Assembly (NCBI GenBank): GCA_008369845.1
Contig: MRSU01004077.1
Location: 1 to 46,688 of the forward strand
Reading direction: 5' to 3'
Source: Trichomonas gallinae
Lineage: Eukaryota
Length of the DNA: 46,688 nucleotides
How positions within the stretch are numbered: position 1 is the first letter of the stretch; every line of letters begins with the position of its first letter. The notes beneath the pieces are model-generated. The model did no database searches. It saw only the letters and a list, made by a program, of their open reading frames with translations, and was not told the DNA's origin. The position numbers were made by a program, and so were the translations under genes. Shown here piece after piece: positions 44,665 through 46,688 of the stretch.

Positions 44665-46110
44665 ATGAGTTCCCTTCTTATAAAGAGCGGCACGATTGTC
44701 AATGCTGACTCAGAGTTTGTCGGCGACGTTCTCGTGAAGGATGGCAAGATTGTGGCTGTCGGAAAAGATATTGTTGCCCCACAAGATGCAAAAATTATTG
44801 ATGCAACAGGAAAGTTCGTGATTCCAGGTGGCATTGACCCACATACACACATAGAGATGCCTCTTGGCAACTTTAACACGTCAGATGACTGGGTTCACGC
44901 TACACGCGCTGCAGCTGCTGGCGGAACAACATGTGTTATCGACTTCATTCCAGTCGCAAAGGGCGAAAAGCATGGTGACTGGATAGATCATTGGGAAAAT
45001 ACAGCTAAGAAATCAACAATTGATTATTCACTTCACATGTCAGTCGTTGATTGGAATGATGAAGTCAAAGCAGCTTTGGAGAAGGCTATTTCTCATGGTA
45101 TCAACTCTGCCAAGTGCTATTTGGCTTACAAAGGCCGTATTATGCTTGATTCAGATCAAGATTTCCTCCATTTCTTCGAATTCGCAGGCAAGCACGGCAT
45201 GCTTCCAATGGCACACTGTGAGGATGGCGAGATCATCACTTACATGGCCAATGATCTCGTTGAACATGGCAAAACTGAGCCAAAGTGGCATCCAGAGTCT
45301 CGCCCAGCTTGGTGCGAGGGCTCCGCCGCTAAACACGCAGCAGGATATGCAGCAGCCGCTCACTCACCACTCTACATTGTCCACAACACATGCCAGGACG
45401 CTCTTTATGTCGTAGAGCACTCAAATGAGGGAGAATATCCAGTCATCGGTGAGACAACAATTTGCCATCTGACTTTGACGAAGGAAATCAACTCAGATCC
45501 AAACTTCGACATCGCTGCTGGTGCAGTCCTCTCTCCACCACTCAGAACAGAGGCAGACAGACAGGCATTGTGGGGAGGAGTCAGACGTGGCACTCTGAAG
45601 ACAATCGCGACAGATCACTGCCCGATCGATCTCAAGTACAAGAGGAGAGGCATGGACGACTTCCGCAAGATTCCAAACGGCTGCCCTGCCATCGAAGAGC
45701 GCATGGTCCTCGCATGGTCATACGGTGTCGATAAAGGCCTCATCTCGCCAATGGAGTATGTCGCTGCAACATCAACAAACGCTGCAAAGATCTTCGGCTT
45801 GTATCCGCAGAAAGGCATCATCGCTGAAGGCAGTGATGCTGATATCGTCATCATCGATCCAAAGGCAAAGAGGACAATCCAGCATGCAGCACAGAAGTCT
45901 TCAGTCGATTACAATCTTTGGGAAGGAAAAGAAGTCACTGGCATCCCGGTCATCACAATCTCGAGAGGCGACATCGTCTGGGAAGTCGAAGTCAAGGATG
46001 GAATTGCCCAATACGCTGACGGCAAGCTAACATGCGAGCAAGGAAGAGGCCACTTCATCGCAAGAAAGCCATTCGTTCCATATGTTTATGGAAGAAGAAT
46101 CTGCCAGTAA
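44665..46110 (+). CDS. DPYS: Dihydropyrimidinase / D-hydantoinase (amidohydrolase superfamily)
   Basis: IDATGKFVIPGGIDPHTH, AAAAGGTTCVIDF, INSAKCYLAYK (carbamylated Lys), AHCEDG, LSPPLR, ATDHCP and STNAAKIFGLYPQKG. First ATG is at 44665. Confidence 0.95.
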   Translation: MSSLLIKSGTIVNADSEFVGDVLVKDGKIVAVGKDIVAPQDAKIIDATGKFVIPGGIDPHTHIEMPLGNFNTSDDWVHATRAAAAGGTTCVIDFIPVAKGEKHGDWIDHWENTAKKSTIDYSLHMSVVDWNDEVKAALEKAISHGINSAKCYLAYKGRIMLDSDQDFLHFFEFAGKHGMLPMAHCEDGEIITYMANDLVEHGKTEPKWHPESRPAWCEGSAAKHAAGYAAAAHSPLYIVHNTCQDALYVVEHSNEGEYPVIGETTICHLTLTKEINSDPNFDIAAGAVLSPPLRTEADRQALWGGVRRGTLKTIATDHCPIDLKYKRRGMDDFRKIPNGCPAIEERMVLAWSYGVDKGLISPMEYVAATSTNAAKIFGLYPQKGIIAEGSDADIVIIDPKAKRTIQHAAQKSSVDYNLWEGKEVTGIPVITISRGDIVWEVEVKDGIAQYADGKLTCEQGRGHFIARKPFVPYVYGRRICQ

Positions 46111-46688
46111 GAAAAAAAAATAATATTAGAGCATAATAACATGATTTTTATGCGGCAAGAGCTTTTTATTAAAAGTTCTTTTCATTTTTTATTGACTTCA
46201 TTCATTTAAAACACTCCTATAATTAATAATGATCTTCTTTCATCTAATTAGCATTAAAATAAATGATAAAACACTTAATCATTTTTTTATAAAAAAAATT
46301 GTGTATGAACATAGCCTGGATCATTATGATTTGTATAATATAACATATTATAGGTTGAAGAATATATGATCAACGTTGTATTGCTTAATATTGAATATCT
46401 GGTGAGATTTAGAAGCTTTTTTACGTCCTATATTTTCAAAAAAAAAATTACATATAAATAATTGGTCAAAAAAATCGAATAGATCAATGTAACAATCTGG
46501 CTGCTTATTGGCAAATATTAAGCAGCTCATCATGAACAAAGGACTCTATATATGTGTCCTCACATTCATTATATCAATGATGTTTAATGAAACAATATTT
46601 CATCCAGATTAAGGGTGCAGTTACGCCCACTCGTAAACTTCAGAAATTTTTGACATTCCTTTTTTTGGTGTATTTTTGTACCTATTTT

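Noticed and set aside
46348..46539. 63-aa minus-strand ORF near the window end
   Set aside because: It is short, AT-rich and has no recognisable motif; at most it is decayed gene debris.

Overview
AT-rich eukaryotic genomic DNA with intronless genes and short spacers, almost certainly a trichomonad parabasalid such as Trichomonas vaginalis. Support: an initiator-binding-domain (IBD) protein, TCAYT Inr and AAAGTGAC promoter motifs, a Tom40-like barrel and ankyrin debris. It holds about 17 intact genes: an IBD factor, a multi-pass membrane protein, a 5,696-aa repeat-rich giant, RNA Pol I/III AC40, a bacterial-type GH16 glucanase, a GT31-like protein, a Rav1/DmX-like WD40 protein, a PYG-repeat flagellar protein, TAF12, a Tom40-like porin, eL39 (missed by the ORF track), a MINDY-like pseudo-DUB, a GT61, dihydropyrimidinase and several hypotheticals. 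Pseudogene remnants include a dynein stalk/MTBD fragment and ankyrin repeats. Most interesting: (i) the giant protein has GIGYF-like termini and two internal repeat arrays, one carrying LIR-like motifs; (ii) an unannotated, highly structured ncRNA-like region plus an H-type pseudoknot between the flagellar gene and TAF12; (iii) a palindromic MITE-like repeat whose two partial copies bracket the GH16 gene. All family calls come from motif recognition by eye, not database searches.
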